Positions 38,940 to 54,633 are shown, counted from the first letter of the stretch. The stretch is 64,000 bases of DNA from Eledone cirrhosa (GCA_964016885.1 OZ024752.1:32860001-32924000); one strand, 5' to 3'. Program-made: numbers and translations. The notes: generated by a model not told the origin, from the sequence alone.

Positions 38940-41412
38940 TTAATTAGGTTTATAATATTTAAAGGTTTTTCTCAGTTTATGATTACACGATATTATTAAT
39001 TCCTGTCGCTTATTTAATAGGATATCCTTAGATTTCATTATTTCAAAAAGTTCTTGGGAACATAATCTACATTCATACTATTATTTTGATAAGGGGTGGA
39101 GCACACTCCAAGTCAGGTCATAATCTATATTCCTCTTTCTATAATTATTAATTATTTCAGCTAGATATGTTGTATTAGCTAGTGCGGCATTTTTAAAACT
39201 ATGTTTGTGGGTATTAAATCTTACCTTAAATTTGTTAGAGGTAGCTCCTATATATGAATAAATTGAGTCCTTAGTGTTAACTTTACATTTATATACTATG
39301 TTATTAACAAGGCAATTTCCTTTTAATGGGCAGTTTGCCTTGTTTCTACAGTTACAACTTTTCGTGAATCCTGTATCTGAGGAGATATTATGGTTAGTTT
39401 GATGTACTGGTGGTATACTCATGGTTTTTTTACATTTATATGCATTGTAGGCACTTATATTTTGTTTTATGTTTTTGGTTGTTGAGTAGGAGAATTTAAC
39501 CGTTGATCTATTTAAAATTTGATGGTATTTGTGGTTTGGCGGGAAGTTCTTCTCTAGGATATTAAAGAATTTTTTAGGTATATTATCCTTAATTTGTAAA
39601 TTAAATGGAGCATTATACCAAGTAACTCGTCTATTACGGTTTCGATGTTGTTTATCGTTTTTATAGGATGTATCCTGATGTTTATTAAGAGAATTATTGT
39701 TAATGACTTCACCACACACATTTTTAGTTAGATTTATTGATTTAGGTGTTTTAGCTTGTTTATTAGGAGTTTTATTATTAACATTTATTAGAGTTGTAGG
39801 ATGAGTAGTTTTTTGAGGGTTACTATATTGTATATTAAAAGAGTTAGAGAAATTTGGTTTTATGTTGGTGTTTTGGGGTATAGTGTGAGTGGCATTTAGG
39901 TGTGTATGTTTCATTTGGTGTTTGTTGGTAATATTAGGTTGTATGTTTGTAGTGTATATATGCTAATTAGGTTTATGTTTGTAGTGTATATATACTAATT
40001 TATTTTTGTGGCCACTTCTAGCTAGAACTTCGTTATAAAAGGTCGCATTTTTATCAAATACATCCTGGTTAGACGAAAGGTTAGAAATTCTAAGTGATAT
40101 ATTATATGCAAGGTTTTTAAGGATAGATTTAGGGTGATTAGATTGTGAGTGTATGTAGTGTAAATTTTGGTTAGGTTTATGGTAAGGTTGGTAGATAAGT
40201 CTAATGTTATATCTAGGAAATTAACTACTTTACTTGTGTTTTCAAATGTAATATCTAGACTATAATAGTCTTTAAGGAAAGTTCTAATAAGCTTTTTATT
40301 TTTTCTATCCCTGAAAGGCTAAGGTTATTGGAAAGAAGAAGACAGTCGTCACGATATAAACCACCTTTAAGGTGGGGAAAGGAAGCATTTATGTTAAAAA
40401 GAAGAAAGAGGCCCACAAGATCAGTAATTTGGGCAGAATCGCTTGAGCCCATAGTAATATCGAATAGATTACTATATGTGTTTCTGGTCCAGTATTCATT
40501 TTGAAATTCCAATAGTGTTAGTCTACTATGTGTAATAATATTAATGTCATCCAAAGTTAAGTTAGATCTATTTTTAGCAAATATCAAGGCTTTGTTCAGG
40601 AGTATAGGTGATATAGAAGAATAAAAATTATCTATATCAAATTGTAGAAATGAAGCAGAGGATTTATTTCTAATGTTATTAAACCAGTTAATTACCTGGG
40701 ATGTGTTTTCCCAGAGTGGTAAATTAACATGTTTTCTTAGTTGTGGGATGACTCTATCTAAAATTTTTTTACTAATGATTCCAATATCAGATTTGGAAGG
40801 GCATATAAGCCTTATAGAAGGATTAGAGTTAAAGTTAGATTTATGATCTTTCAGGTTGAAATGTGGTCTTTTCAGTGCCAAAGGTTCAGTTCTATCTTCA
40901 ATATTAAGTCTATTCACTATGCTGTGTGTTTTGTTGTTGATGTTGGTAAGTGACGCATTGTTTGTTTTTCTATAATTTTTCCTGAGTTCTTTATATATGA
41001 ACTCATTGTAATTTTCAATATCCATGTGATACAGATTTCCAGTTTTGTCCGAGTGGGCATGGATTTTTTTAGATTTTTTTAGGTCCAATAGGGTAGAATC
41101 AAGGTCCTTTTGAAAATTAGATTTATACCTCTTAAATTTGAGGTGTTTGATTAAATTAAAAAGGTCTTTCTCAAAGTTTTCAAGTAAGGAGTTGTGTGGT
41201 GGATTTTTATATGTAGTGAAATCATACAAATATTTCCGATCAGTACATTTTGTTTTTTTATCGAAGTGGTAGGCCCTCCATCTGACTCTTCTGATAAATT
41301 GGTTGGTTTTTTGTATCATAAGAAGTAAGAAATCATCCTTAGAAGGTAATGGTATATTCTTTAAAGAAGTTCCCAAGTATTGTTTTTCCATTGTGATATG
41401 GATAATGGACAA
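38940..41412 (-). pseudogene. Penelope RT plus GIY-YIG endonuclease, frameshifted
   Basis: SLKNIPLP..RRVRWRAYHF, LKDHK, QFDIDNFYSSI, MGS, YRDD, CNCRNKANCPLKGNC, IVY..YIG; split over several frames. Confidence 0.9.
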
Positions 41413-42251
41413 GAAAAAGAGCTCAACTACTTATATATGGAGTTATAAAGTTATACACATATATGTATATATATATAAATATATATACACATACAATACA
41501 TATACATTCACAAAAATAAGAATATCCCCATAAAAATAGGAGCAAAGTATGTAGATAAATCTACCAAAAATTTACGGTAGTGTCCAATCCGTATGAAGAA
41601 CTCAATGTAATCCGGATATCATGAAAAGAGAAGATGCATTCAAAAACTATTTTCGGTGAAAATTAACGGAAAACAGAGTCAAGATAAATTAATAAAATAA
41701 TGAATAAACAAAGAAACAGTTCCTTATATTAAAAAAATTCATCATTTTACTATCGTTTCTAACACTAACACATATATATCCTAGAAACGATCGTAAAATG
41801 ATGAATTTTTTTAATATAAGGAACTGTTTCTTTGTTTATTCATTATTTTATTAATTTATATATATATATATATGTATATATATATAATATAGCATAATTT
41901 GATAATTTAACATTTCATAACGAATATATTTCTGTCTTTTTCTCTGTTATATTTCGACCGCAGTAATTATTAGTGAAAAGTCGATTAGTGAAAAGTAAAT
42001 AATTTAGGCAGTTTAATAGAATTTCAAGTTTAACACGATTTTTTCCAAGATAAAACAAATTCCAGCAAAGATTAAATGAATGTAAAAATATATCTCCTAT
42101 CAGAAAACAATGCTAAGCAGAAGCTTAAGAAATGTCGTCGATTAATCTATGTACATTTTACCTGATTCTGCAGCAAATAAAATTCTAAACAGCTTTACGT
42201 TAATGATAGAGATTTATTTTAATATGATACTACCCAGTATATTGTAGGCGG

Positions 42252-42290
<39 letters not shown>

Positions 42291-42291
<1 letters not shown>

Positions 42292-42644
42292 CCAAAAGTT
42301 AAACAAGGTTCATTGATTAATTAATTAATATAGTTTTACAATAGATTAGAAGCACTCAACAAAGAAGTTTTCTGGAGTTATTAATATTACTTCAAAATAT
42401 TAATAAATATAGACATTCATGTGATCAAATATATTTTATTATATATATTTCAGAGCTACTGTGCTGTTTCCTCAGTACGTCCTCATCAGATAAAATAAAT
42501 TGATGTCTGACATACCTCAACTGTGCTGATGGTTCAATTCCAGTCTTGGCAGTCTTGACTGAGGAAACAGCACAGTACCTCTGAAATATATATAATAAAA
42601 TATATTTGATCATATGAATGTCTATATTTATTAATATTTTGAAG

Positions 42645-42648
<4 letters not shown>
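42291..42648 (-). mobile_element. Family D fold-back pLTR with hammerhead (about 42434-42497)
   Basis: Same family as 52491-52704; related to 57720-57975. Confidence 0.75.
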
Positions 42649-42712
<64 letters not shown>

Positions 42713-42758
42713 TAATAATAGTAATAAACGAAAGATATAACTTTATAACACCACTATT

Positions 42759-42836
42759 TATTTCATTATATATATTTCGGGGATGCAAAAATTTATGTTT
42801 AATATAAATCGGAGCATGCCTTCTTCAGACAAAATA
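42759..42836 (-). ncRNA. Type I hammerhead
   Basis: TATTTTGT-CTGAAGA..GAAA-TATATA-TA-ATGAAATA. Confidence 0.7.
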
Positions 42837-42947
42837 TATGAGATGTATAAACTGTTTGATGACATACTCGCAAGAGTGATCTTTAGAGATCAGTGACAAG
42901 CGGATATATGCCCCCTTGTCACTGATCTAGAGGTGCACATTAATTGA

Positions 42948-42997
<50 letters not shown>

Positions 42998-43034
42998 AAC
43001 AAGATTATCAAGGATTTACATTATATCATTTAAT

Positions 43035-43110
43035 TGATTTACGGTCGTTTCGTTAGACTACAAAGAATATTACATTATTGTTGGGTAAGATCATCAGAAT
43101 CGATTAAATA
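43035..43110 (-). ncRNA. Type I hammerhead
   Basis: TTAATCGATT-CTGATGA..GAAA-C-GACC-G-T-A-AATCAATTAA. Confidence 0.7.
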
Positions 43111-43239
43111 CAAATAAATATATAAATTCGTACATACGAATCTCGATATCAGAGCGTACACAATACGCCATATAGTGGATAGATGGATTTACGTGGGAAC
43201 GCATAATACCGCTCCGAACCGAACTGTATAGTTTCATTA

Positions 43240-43341
<102 letters not shown>

Positions 43342-43551
43342 TTAAACAAATAATGAATAAAACAATGAAACAGTTCCTTATATTAAACAAAAAAAGTTCA
43401 TTATTTAACGATCGTTTCTAGGATATATATGTGTTAGAATTGGCATGCATATTCAACAGATCTATGTATAAAATTATACAAAATTATACAAACTATCAAG
43501 ATTAAATATACATACCAACACATATATACGCCGTCTTATATATATATATAT

Positions 43552-44224
43552 ACAATATATAGTAAGAAACACAGTAAACCGTGTGTCTAAAATTACAAGG
43601 GTTGAAAAACCACATATGCTTGAAATATTTAACCAAGAAACAGACAGGATGACAAAATGAAAATAAAAATATATTATCATAATACAAACCGCCTCAATAA
43701 CCATTATATCTCTCGGACAGATTATCCCTAATCTGTTTCGCCCTGAGTGTGTTTGTAACAGATAATCCTGGGCTTCATCAGCGAGAGATTGCAATTAAAT
43801 GTCACAAACACTATTTGCCAACGTTCACACAGAAAGATGAATTTATCACCTCGTGCGCCGCCAGCCAAACGTGGTAAGCGCGTATTGAACAGAAATAACA
43901 GTCCAACACGCACAACTTAATAGCTCATCCTGTAAGAGAGCCGAAATATATATATGAATTAGAACCCTGTAACCATTAAGCTCTAAGTATAAAGTACAAA
44001 TAAATACTGAGCCGATTAACAATATATAGTAAGAAACACAGTAAACCGTGTGTCTAAAATTACAAGGGTTGAAAAACCACATATGCTTGAAATATTTAAC
44101 CAAGAAACAGACAACCCTTGTAATTTTAGACACACGGTTTACTGTGTTTCTTACTATATATTGTTAATCGGCTCAGTATTTATTTGTACTTTATACTTAG
44201 AGCTTAATGGTTACAGGGTTCTAA

Positions 44225-44228
<4 letters not shown>
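43552..44228 (-). mobile_element. Non-coding partial-tandem (467-bp period) plus inverted element
   Basis: 43552-43646 is repeated from 44019; inverted 44112-44228; CTGATGA-A-GCCC..GGGC-GAAA at about 43736-43781. Confidence 0.7.
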
Positions 44229-44257
<29 letters not shown>

Positions 44258-44259
<2 letters not shown>

Positions 44260-44466
44260 CAAAGGAAGTATAGTAAGGAACCAGGTTGACTATAACGCAC
44301 CAGAGTACTCGATATTTCGGGTAGTTGAGTGGGTAATAGAAAAAGAGTCTGGACCCCGACGGCTGAGCTCCGGCCGTTTCGACAGCTAGATCCGAACTCA
44401 GTTCTGATCTAGCTGTCGAAACGACCGGAGCTCAGCCGTCGGGGTCCTCACTCTTTTCTCTCTCTC

Positions 44467-44534
<68 letters not shown>

Positions 44535-45081
44535 TCTCTCTCTCTCATATATATATATATAACGAAGGAGTTGTGGTAAGGAACCAGGTGGACCATAACG
44601 CACCAGAGTACTCAATACTTAGGGTATAGAGTGGGTAATAGGAAAATGTTTAACCCCGACGGCAGAGCTCAAACCGTTTCGACGGCCATTTCAGGACTGA
44701 AATATCCGTCGAAACCGCTTGAGCTCTGCCGTCGGGGGTCTAATATTTTCCTATATATATATATACGTTAGATCCCTTCTTCCTCCCGTTAGACCTGTAC
44801 GGAATTCCTTCCTTGCTCACATTCCAACCAGGTTTGATGGTTTTTATTCTCTCTCGTTCACGATTTCACCGAACTTATATTCATGGAAATTTGGGACTTG
44901 ACTCCTTCTTCCTCACTTTTCGTTGCTTCACCATCTTTGTTTGTTTACACTCGTGTCCCCTTTATTTACGTGTCCCAACGACTTTTTTTAGCCGTTGCTC
45001 GCACCAACCGGAGGTATATGGTCTTCAAAGCGATGAAATACCAATGATGGTTGGAAGATCACTGATGAAGGACTAACTTTA

Positions 45082-45156
<75 letters not shown>

Positions 45157-45812
45157 GGGGGGGGATCAACTTTGCCTTTCATCCTTAACGGGTTGATGAA
45201 ATAAAATACCAGTAACGTACTGGGTCGATTTAATCGACTCCACACCACCACCACCACCACCACCACCACCACCACCACCACCATAAAAAACTGTTCGCTT
45301 TGTGTCTAAATCAGAAACCATTATTAAAGGGCGGTGTATTGGCAGTATCGGTAGAGGGTGAGACGCCATGCTTTGCAGCAAAGAGTTACGACCCTTTATG
45401 GTCTGAGTTCAAATCCCGCCGAGGTTAACTTTGCCTTTCATTCCTACGGGGTCGATAAAATAAAGTACCAGTAATACACTGGGATAATTGCTGCCAAAAG
45501 TAGAAACCATTATTAAAGAAACGTTCCTAAGAGTTTCATCTGCTACAATAACCAATATTGTGTTCTTGGATTATTCCATTACTTACCAATTGTTTTTGTG
45601 TTTTGATATGAGATTTTTGTCAATTCTTTTGCTTGTTGATACATGTTGCAATTTGTTATCTTTCACAAAAATTCATTTAAACTAAAAATTCTTTTTTACT
45701 AAATTATGTTTAAACTCTTCCCCGTGTAAATATACAACAGAAAGAGAAAAGAGACAAAGTGAGAGAGAGAGAGAGTTAGAGAAACAAGACAAGGATTCAC
45801 ACACACACACTC

Positions 45813-45868
<56 letters not shown>

Positions 45869-46050
45869 CGAAGGAAATGTGGTAAGGAACCAGGTGGACC
45901 ATAACGCACCAAAGTACTCAATACTTAGGATAGTAGAGTGGGTAATAGGAACAAGTAAGACCCAACGGCTGAGCTCAAGCCGTTTCGACGGCTAATTCAG
46001 AATTAGCTGTCGAAACGGCTTGAGTTCAGCCGTCGGGGTCTTACTTGTTC
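44258..46050 (-). mobile_element. Three family A fold-back elements (44258-44460, 44560-44752, 45866-46050) with intervening SINEs and a family H fragment (44766-45080)
   Basis: Shared GTAAGGAACCAGGT..GTACTC..ACCCCGACGGC core and hairpins. Confidence 0.75.
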
Positions 46051-46085
46051 ATATATATATATATATATATATATATTATTATTAC

Positions 46086-46121
<36 letters not shown>

Positions 46122-46176
46122 TATACATATATATATACATATATATATATATTTATTATTATTACTATACATATAT

Positions 46177-46337
46177 GGGCGGTGGATTGGCAGTATCGTT
46201 TGAGCGTCGAACGATCTGAGTTCAAATCCCGCGGAGGTTAACTTTGCCTTTCATCCTTACGGGGTCGATAAAATAAAGTACCAGTAATGCACTGGTTAAT
46301 TGCTGGCCTTGTGCCAAAAGTAGAAACAATTATTACT

Positions 46338-46378
<41 letters not shown>

Positions 46379-47700
46379 AGAGAGAGAGAGAAAAAACCAA
46401 AACCAGACTCAGAGAGAAAGCAAAAGACAAAGATAGGAAGAGAAAAGAGAGAGCGAGATACACACAAAGATAGGAATATATATATTTATATATATATGTA
46501 AACATATATATAAGTAGATGTATGTGTGTGTGTGTGTGTATATATATATCACTTTATTTTTCTTTAGTTCTTTCTTTTAAGAGAATGGCCACATTAATTG
46601 ATTAAATATTTATCTGAAATAAATCTATGTTATTCTTCAATTAAAATTACCTAATTAAATTAAGAATAAAGGAGAACTAGAGGGAAAAAAACGTTATCGT
46701 TAAAACATTATTATATTTTAAGAGGGGGGTTGGCAGCATCGGTAGAAAGTCGGACGCCATGCCTTGACGCATAGTTACGGCCCTTGTTATTCTGAGTTCA
46801 AATCCTACCGAGGTTAACTTTGCCTTTCATCCTTACGGGGTCGATAAAATAAAGTACAAGTAATGCACTGGGTAATTGCTGGCCTTGTGCCTAAAGTAGA
46901 AACAATTATTATATTTTAAGAGGGTTGGACGCCATGCTTTCTAGCATAGTTACCTCCCTTTACAGTCTGAGTTCAAATCCCGTCGAGGTTAACTTTGCCT
47001 TTCATCCTTACGGGGTCGATAAAATAAAGTACCAGTAATGTACTGGTTAATTGCTGGCCTTGTGCCAAAAGTAGAAACAATTATATTTTATATATGGAAC
47101 TCTGTAAATTGAAACATGTTGGTTTATTATATCTATTGATATTTAACTTCTTTGCTTTTATTGATTTCCATTGAAATGAAGAATCGTCTCGTGTGATCGT
47201 AAAAATATGGGAGAACAAGGAATGAGACTGATGCAATGTGAAGTTGCGATTAATATACGATTAAAATAGATATTTGTTGATCTTAAACGATATGCATGCG
47301 TGCATGGTCCCGAACCTCCTGGCGGACTTGTAGGCACGCCGTATTAACATACAGCATTTCTAGGGCATTTGTTTTTTAAACCTGGCGGAGCCCAACTCTT
47401 CTCTAGGTCTGAAACAGAGCAGATTTTTCTTCCAGAGAAGGATAGAAAGTGGTGGAGCCCATCTCGCCAGGTCTCAACACAGATTTTTCCAGGATAGAAA
47501 GCGAGAGAGAGAGGAATTGAGAAAGAGATATAGAGGAAGAACTGACCCCAGTTGACTCGACTGGTACTTTTTTTTATCGACCTTGAAAGGATCAAAGTTT
47601 AAGTTGACCTCGATACGGTTTGAAATCAGAAAGCAGAAAGCGAAAATGAATACCGTAAATCATTCTATCTGACGTTCGAACGAGTCTGCCTATTCGCCGC
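46177..47700. mobile_element. SINE copies (46177-46335, 46728-46910, 46920-47083 +; old subfamily 47386-47700 -)
   Basis: A/B boxes and central domain. Confidence 0.8.
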
Positions 47701-48366
47701 TTTACGGATATATCTCTAGAAAGATAAGCTATGAATAACAATTAGAACGAGTTGCGAAACTTTATAATGATTCACATTTAATATCATGTGGTAGAAAGTA
47801 GATGTATATACATAGACAAAGTAAATATTATAATGTGAATAAGATATCGGTTTACTAATTCAAGTTTGGGGCTTGAAATCTAAAGCCCTAGATCTTATTA
47901 AATTCTTCAGAATCTAGTCGTATCATTTAATTCTCTGTATCTGGCCATATTTAATTTTACATTCTAAAGTTCTGCATAACAATCAGATATATGTAACACA
48001 TCTTATAGGAATGACACCTGCAATAGATTGGGAAATATATTGACGTATCGTCTTTATCTCCTCTGCTTAAAGTGTTGAGCAGGAATCTTTACGAGCCAGT
48101 CGGGGTTTGTATGATATACAATATATCGGAATTCATTGAATTATAAAATCGTTGATTATTCTGTCTATCAATGTTGAACTTTACTATAAGTTGAATAAGC
48201 TCTAACGTAGGGTCACATACTCTCGGGGGCCCCAGTATGAGCAAACCCGACTTACCTATAAACTAAATAAGCTATAGCTTGGGGCTACCGAACCCCAGGG
48301 GCCTCATTTTTGAAAAATATATTTTTATTTTATCGTTAGATTTTATTCTTTAATACTAAATCATTA

Positions 48367-48435
<69 letters not shown>

Positions 48436-48584
48436 TGTATTTTCCGTTGTGTTGTAATATAAATATTACACACAGTAGATTATCAGCTCACGTAGAGTTT
48501 GCTCGACGGTTCCAGTTGTAGTTCCAAAAGTAATCCGGAGAAAAATAGAAAGATTTGAATGGATACAGTTTAGTTGAAAGGAAT

Positions 48585-48701
48585 TTATTGACACGTGTTT
48601 CTATAACAGTTACATAACCTAAAACAGCTATCTACAAACTTTTAGTTATGCAGACATTCAATATTTCAATGTTATTATTTACTGTCATTTCATCAGAATA
48701 A
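48585..48701 (-). ncRNA. Type I hammerhead in a solo pLTR (48435-48740)
   Basis: TTATT-CTGATGA-A-ATGACAGT..ACTGTTAT-A-GAAA-C-ACGT-G-T-C-AATAA. Confidence 0.78.
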
Positions 48702-48757
48702 TATTACTGAGGACCTATTTAGTTTTTATAGAGAATATTATATATATATATATATAA

Positions 48758-49600
<843 letters not shown>

Positions 49601-49692
49601 AAGTTAACCGCGGGATTTGAACTCAAATTGACTTTAGAGTTTATTAGAGACGTTAAACCGTATACATACATACTCAAAAGACAATCTATACT

Positions 49693-49790
49693 CGTTCTTC
49701 TTCTTCTTCTTCTTCTTCTTCTTCTTCTTCTTCTTCTTCTTCTTCTTCTTCTTCTTCTTCTCTTCTTCTTCTCGTTCTTCTTCTTCTTCT

Positions 49791-49823
<33 letters not shown>

Positions 49824-50066
49824 CCTTCTTCTTCTTCTTCTTCTTCTTCTTCTTCTTCTTCTCGTTCTTCTTCTCGTTCTTCTTCTTCTTTTTCTTCTTC
49901 TTCTTCTTCTTCTTCTTCTTCTTCTTCTTCTTCTTCTTCTCGTTCTTCTTCTTCTTCTTCTTCTTCTTCTTCTTCTTCTTCTTCTTCTTCTTCTTCTTCT
50001 TCTTCTCGTTCTTCTTCTTTTTCTTCTTCTTTTTTTTTTCTTCTTCTTCTTCTTCTTCTTCTTCTT

Positions 50067-50097
<31 letters not shown>

Positions 50098-50224
50098 TTC
50101 TTCTCGTTCTTCTTCTTCTTCTTCTTCTTCTTCTTCTTCTTCTTCTTCTTCTTCTTCTTCTTCTTCTTCTTCTTCTCGTTCTTCTTCTTCTTCTTCTTCT
50201 TCTTCTTCTTCTTCTTCTTCTTCT

Positions 50225-50257
<33 letters not shown>

Positions 50258-50747
50258 CCTTCTTCTTCTTCTTCTTCTCTTCTTCTTCTTCTTCTTCTTC
50301 TTCTTCTTTCTTCTTCTCGTTCTTCTTCTCGTTCTTCTTCTTCTTTTTCTTCTTCTTCTTCTTCTTCTTCTTCTTCTTCTCTTCTTCTTCTTCTTCTTCT
50401 TCTTCTTCTTCTTCTTCTTCTCGTTCTTCTTCTTCTTCTTCTTCTTCTTCTTCTTCTTCTTCTTCTTCTTCTTCTTCTTCTTCTTTTTCTTCTTCTTTTT
50501 CTTCTTCTTCTTCTTCTTCTTCTTCTTCTTCTTCTTCTTCTTCTTCTTCTTCTTCTTCTTCTCGTTCTTCTCGTTCTTCTTCTTCTTCTTCTTCTTCTTC
50601 TTCTTCTTCTTCTTCTTCTCCTTCTTCTTCTTCTCCTTCTTCTCCTTCTTCTTCTTCTTCTTCTTCTTCTTCTTCTTCTTCTTCTTCTTCTTCTTCTTCT
50701 TCTTCTTCTTCTTCTTCTTCTTCTTCTTCTTCTCCTTCTTCTACTTC
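49693..50747. repeat. About 1.05-kb (CTT)n tract with CTCGTT interruptions
   Basis: Direct reading; a similar tract lies at 53488-53760. Confidence 0.95.
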
Positions 50748-51081
50748 ATAATATCAGAACCGTTAAACCACACCCCGCGGCACACAGCGTCACACAGTTT
50801 ATTCATTAATCAAATCATTACTAAATATTTTGAAACCAACCAAATATTCTGTGTTCTCGGCTGTTAATTACAGCATAAACTAAAACAACAAGAACAACAA
50901 CAAAGGATAAAGATAAAGAAACGTACGTTTCTACCAAGTTGGAATTTGTCAAACCAAATTCCGAGCTAATCAACAGTCAATCAAAAGATTGGAATTCTTC
51001 CAATAACAAATGCCCAGCAGCTGATATCATGTTATCATCAAATCATTAGATCTCCCATAGGCCACTAATACATACATGGCC

Positions 51082-51157
<76 letters not shown>

Positions 51158-51185
51158 CTATCTATCTATCTATCTATCTATCTAT

Positions 51186-51459
51186 TGGGTGATAGTGGCG
51201 AGAATGGCTCGTGTAAATGGGCCTTCTCTGTATACCATCCTGTAGGTAAAGAAGTGAAGGAGAGGGGAGCACTTCTCCATGTGCTCCCCGGGCAAATGAT
51301 TGCACACTTTTTCGGGGGTGTGTACAACCCCCATCACGTCCCCTCCCTTTTGAGGTTGTTTTCGATTATTTTCATTTTATACCCTTTTTACTCGATTTTA
51401 TGTAAACTCCCCTTTGTATTTGTCCTTCTTTTTATGCCTTTATGGTAAATAAAGAAATA

Positions 51460-51521
<62 letters not shown>

Positions 51522-52423
51522 GCTGTCTATCTAGCTGTCAAGGGTGGGACCGATCCGGTTGACCACCGAGTCTATTGTAATGATCAAGCCGCCTCCCCCC
51601 TTCAAAGATGAAGCAGAGGCGGTGTTTCTGTGCGTAATAGCCATGGCGAAAGAGGTTGTATGGTGGGACGCGTCTGAAAGGACTGAGGTCGGGCACCTTT
51701 CTCTCTGGCCAACAACTGGTCCGTTTCTTCCGATATCATTTCGGAAGAAGATCAGGATGGAGAGAGAGGTGCTGCACCCCAGCCGTTTCTATGAAAGATG
51801 GGTGAAAGTGGCGAGAATGGCCCGTGTGAATGGGCCTTCACTCTACATCAGACTATAGGTGAGGAAGATGAAAGACCAAGGGAGCACCCCTTCTCTGTGC
51901 TCCTGAGGAGAAGGGTTGCACACTTTTTTCGGGGGTGTGTGCGACCCCCCAAGGCGCCTCCTCTCTATTGAGGATTTTGTTAAAAATTTTATTTTTTGTT
52001 ATATCTTATTTTATTTTTATATTTTGTTATTGCCTTCTCCTTATTGAGGACGCCTTTTTGTGTAAACTCCCCCTTTGTACTTGTCCCACTTTTGATGCCC
52101 TAGTGGCAAATAAAGAAATATATCTATCTATCTATCTAGCTATCTATCTATCTATCATCTATCTAGCTATCTATCTATCTATGTAGGTTGAGGAAAAGGA
52201 GGAGGAGAGGAAAGGAGTACAAACTCTTCGTACTCCTGGAGATGGAGGGTTGCACATTTTTTCGGGGGTATGTGTTACCCATATGAACTGCCTCCCCCTA
52301 TTGGGGAAAATCGACTAACTTTTAAATTGCATTTGTGATAACATTTTACACGTTTTTATTGTATGTAAACTTCCCCCTTTGTATTTGTCCCTTCTTTTGT
52401 GCCCTGTGGCTAATAAAGAAACA
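51186..52423 (+). mobile_element. Three 5'-truncated copies of a Tx1/L1-like element in (TATC)n
   Basis: Copies at 51186-51460, 51538-52120 and 52183-52423 all end TGTAAACT..CCCCTTTGTA..AATAAAGAAA then (TATC)n; C-terminal AKEVVW..EREVL..FYERW. Confidence 0.6.
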
Positions 52424-52441
52424 TATCTATCTATCTATCTA

Positions 52442-52492
<51 letters not shown>

Positions 52493-52592
52493 CCAAAATT
52501 AAACAAGGTTAATTGATTAATCAATGACTATAGTTTTACTGCCAAGACTGGAATTGAACCATCAGCACAGTTGAGGTATGTCAGACATCAAT

Positions 52593-52658
52593 TTATTTTA
52601 TCTGATGAGGACGTACTGAGGAAACAGCACAGTAGCTCTGAAATATATATAATAAAAT
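52593..52658 (+). ncRNA. Type I hammerhead (family D)
   Basis: TATTTTAT-CTGATGA..GAAA-TATATA-TA-ATAAAATA. Confidence 0.75.
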
Positions 52659-52700
52659 ATATTTGATCACACGAATGTCTATATTTATTAATATTTTGAA

Positions 52701-52750
<50 letters not shown>

Positions 52751-52914
52751 ATAGATAGATAGATATATATTGTTATACTTGGGGAGGGTCATATAAATAT
52801 ATATATATATATACACATTATATACACACACACACACACTATATGTATATATGTATATATACACACATATATATATATATATATAGATGCATATATATAT
52901 ATATATATGCATAT

Positions 52915-52950
<36 letters not shown>

Positions 52951-52981
52951 CATGCATATATATATATATATATATATATGC

Positions 52982-53041
<60 letters not shown>

Positions 53042-53320
53042 CACAGAAGGCAGTCTATACAAAAGACAAACACGCACACAGATATATGTATATAATTATA
53101 TTCGAGCGTGTGTAAGTGCCTAAGTGTATGAATGAATTTATGTATATATATATATATACATGTTTATATATATATATACATGTATATATATATATACATG
53201 TATATATATATACATGTATATATATATATACATGTATAATATATATATACATGTATATATATATACATGTATATATATATATATACATGTATATATATAT
53301 ACATGTATATATATATATAT

Positions 53321-53371
<51 letters not shown>

Positions 53372-54000
53372 ATACATGTATATATATATATACATGTATA
53401 TATATATACATGTATATATATATATATATATACATGTATACGTAATATATATATATATATATATATATACGTAAATTCATTCATACACTCTTCTTCTTCT
53501 TCTTCTTCTTCTTCTTCTTCTTCTTCTTCTTCTTCTTCTTCTCGTTCTTCTTCTTCTTCTTCTTCCTTCTTCTTCTTCTCTCTTCTTCTTCTCCTTCTTC
53601 TTCTTCTTCTTCTTCTTCTTCTTCTTCTTCTTCTTCTTCTTCTCGTTCTTCTTCTCGTTCTTCTTCTTCTTCTTCTTCTTCTTCTTCTTCTTCTTCTTCT
53701 GCTTCTCGTTCTTCTTCTTCTTTTTCTTCTTCTCCTCCTCCTCCTCCTCCTCCTCCTCCACCCCTCCACTCCCCCTTCTCCCCCCTCCCCATATTGGCAG
53801 TAAACCAATTACCATACTTCTCAACTGTTTATATTCAATGTATGTATTTCCAGTAGAACATACATCGAAGGCCCCCAGAGTCACGTCGTTTGCTATATAC
53901 ACACACACATACATACATGTATACATACATAATATACACACACACATATACACACACACACACATATATATATATGTGTACGTGTATGTGTATATGAATA

Positions 54001-54037
<37 letters not shown>

Positions 54038-54633
54038 GCATGTATATGTATATATGTATGTAGATAAGTATGTGTATATGTGTATGTATATATGTATATA
54101 TGTATATATGTATGTATATAAGTATGTGTATATGTGTATGTATGTATATATATATATATGTATGTATATAAGTATGTGTATATGTGTATGTATGTATATA
54201 TATATATGTATGTATATAAGTATGTGTATATGTGTATGTATGTATATATATATGTATGTATATAAGTATGTGTATATGTGTATGTATGTATATATATATA
54301 TGTATGTATATAAGTATGTGTATATCTGTATATATGTATATATGTATATATGTATGTATATAAGTATGTGTATATATGTATGTATGTATGTATATATATA
54401 TATGTATAGATATATATGTATGTATATAAGTATGTGTATATGTGTATGTATGTATATATATATATATATATGTGTGTGTGTGCATGTATATGTATATATG
54501 TATGTAGATAAGTATGTGTATATATGTATGTATGTATATATGTATATATGTATGTATATAAGTATGTGTATATATGTATGTATGTATGTATATATATGTA
54601 AATATATATATATCATGCATATACATATACACG

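Larger units (their letters stand above)
37429..41858 (-). mobile_element. Second Naiad-like Penelope element with a direct pLTR (37429-37637 and 41551-41760) and a terminal inversion (41761-41858)
   Basis: Direct repeat starting GTAGATAAATCTACC; (TA)n flanks; SINE fragment at 38685-38795 in the 3' UTR. Confidence 0.9.

Noticed and set aside
48220-48310. GC-rich possible DNA-transposon remnant
   Set aside because: No terminal inverted repeats or target duplication could be defined.
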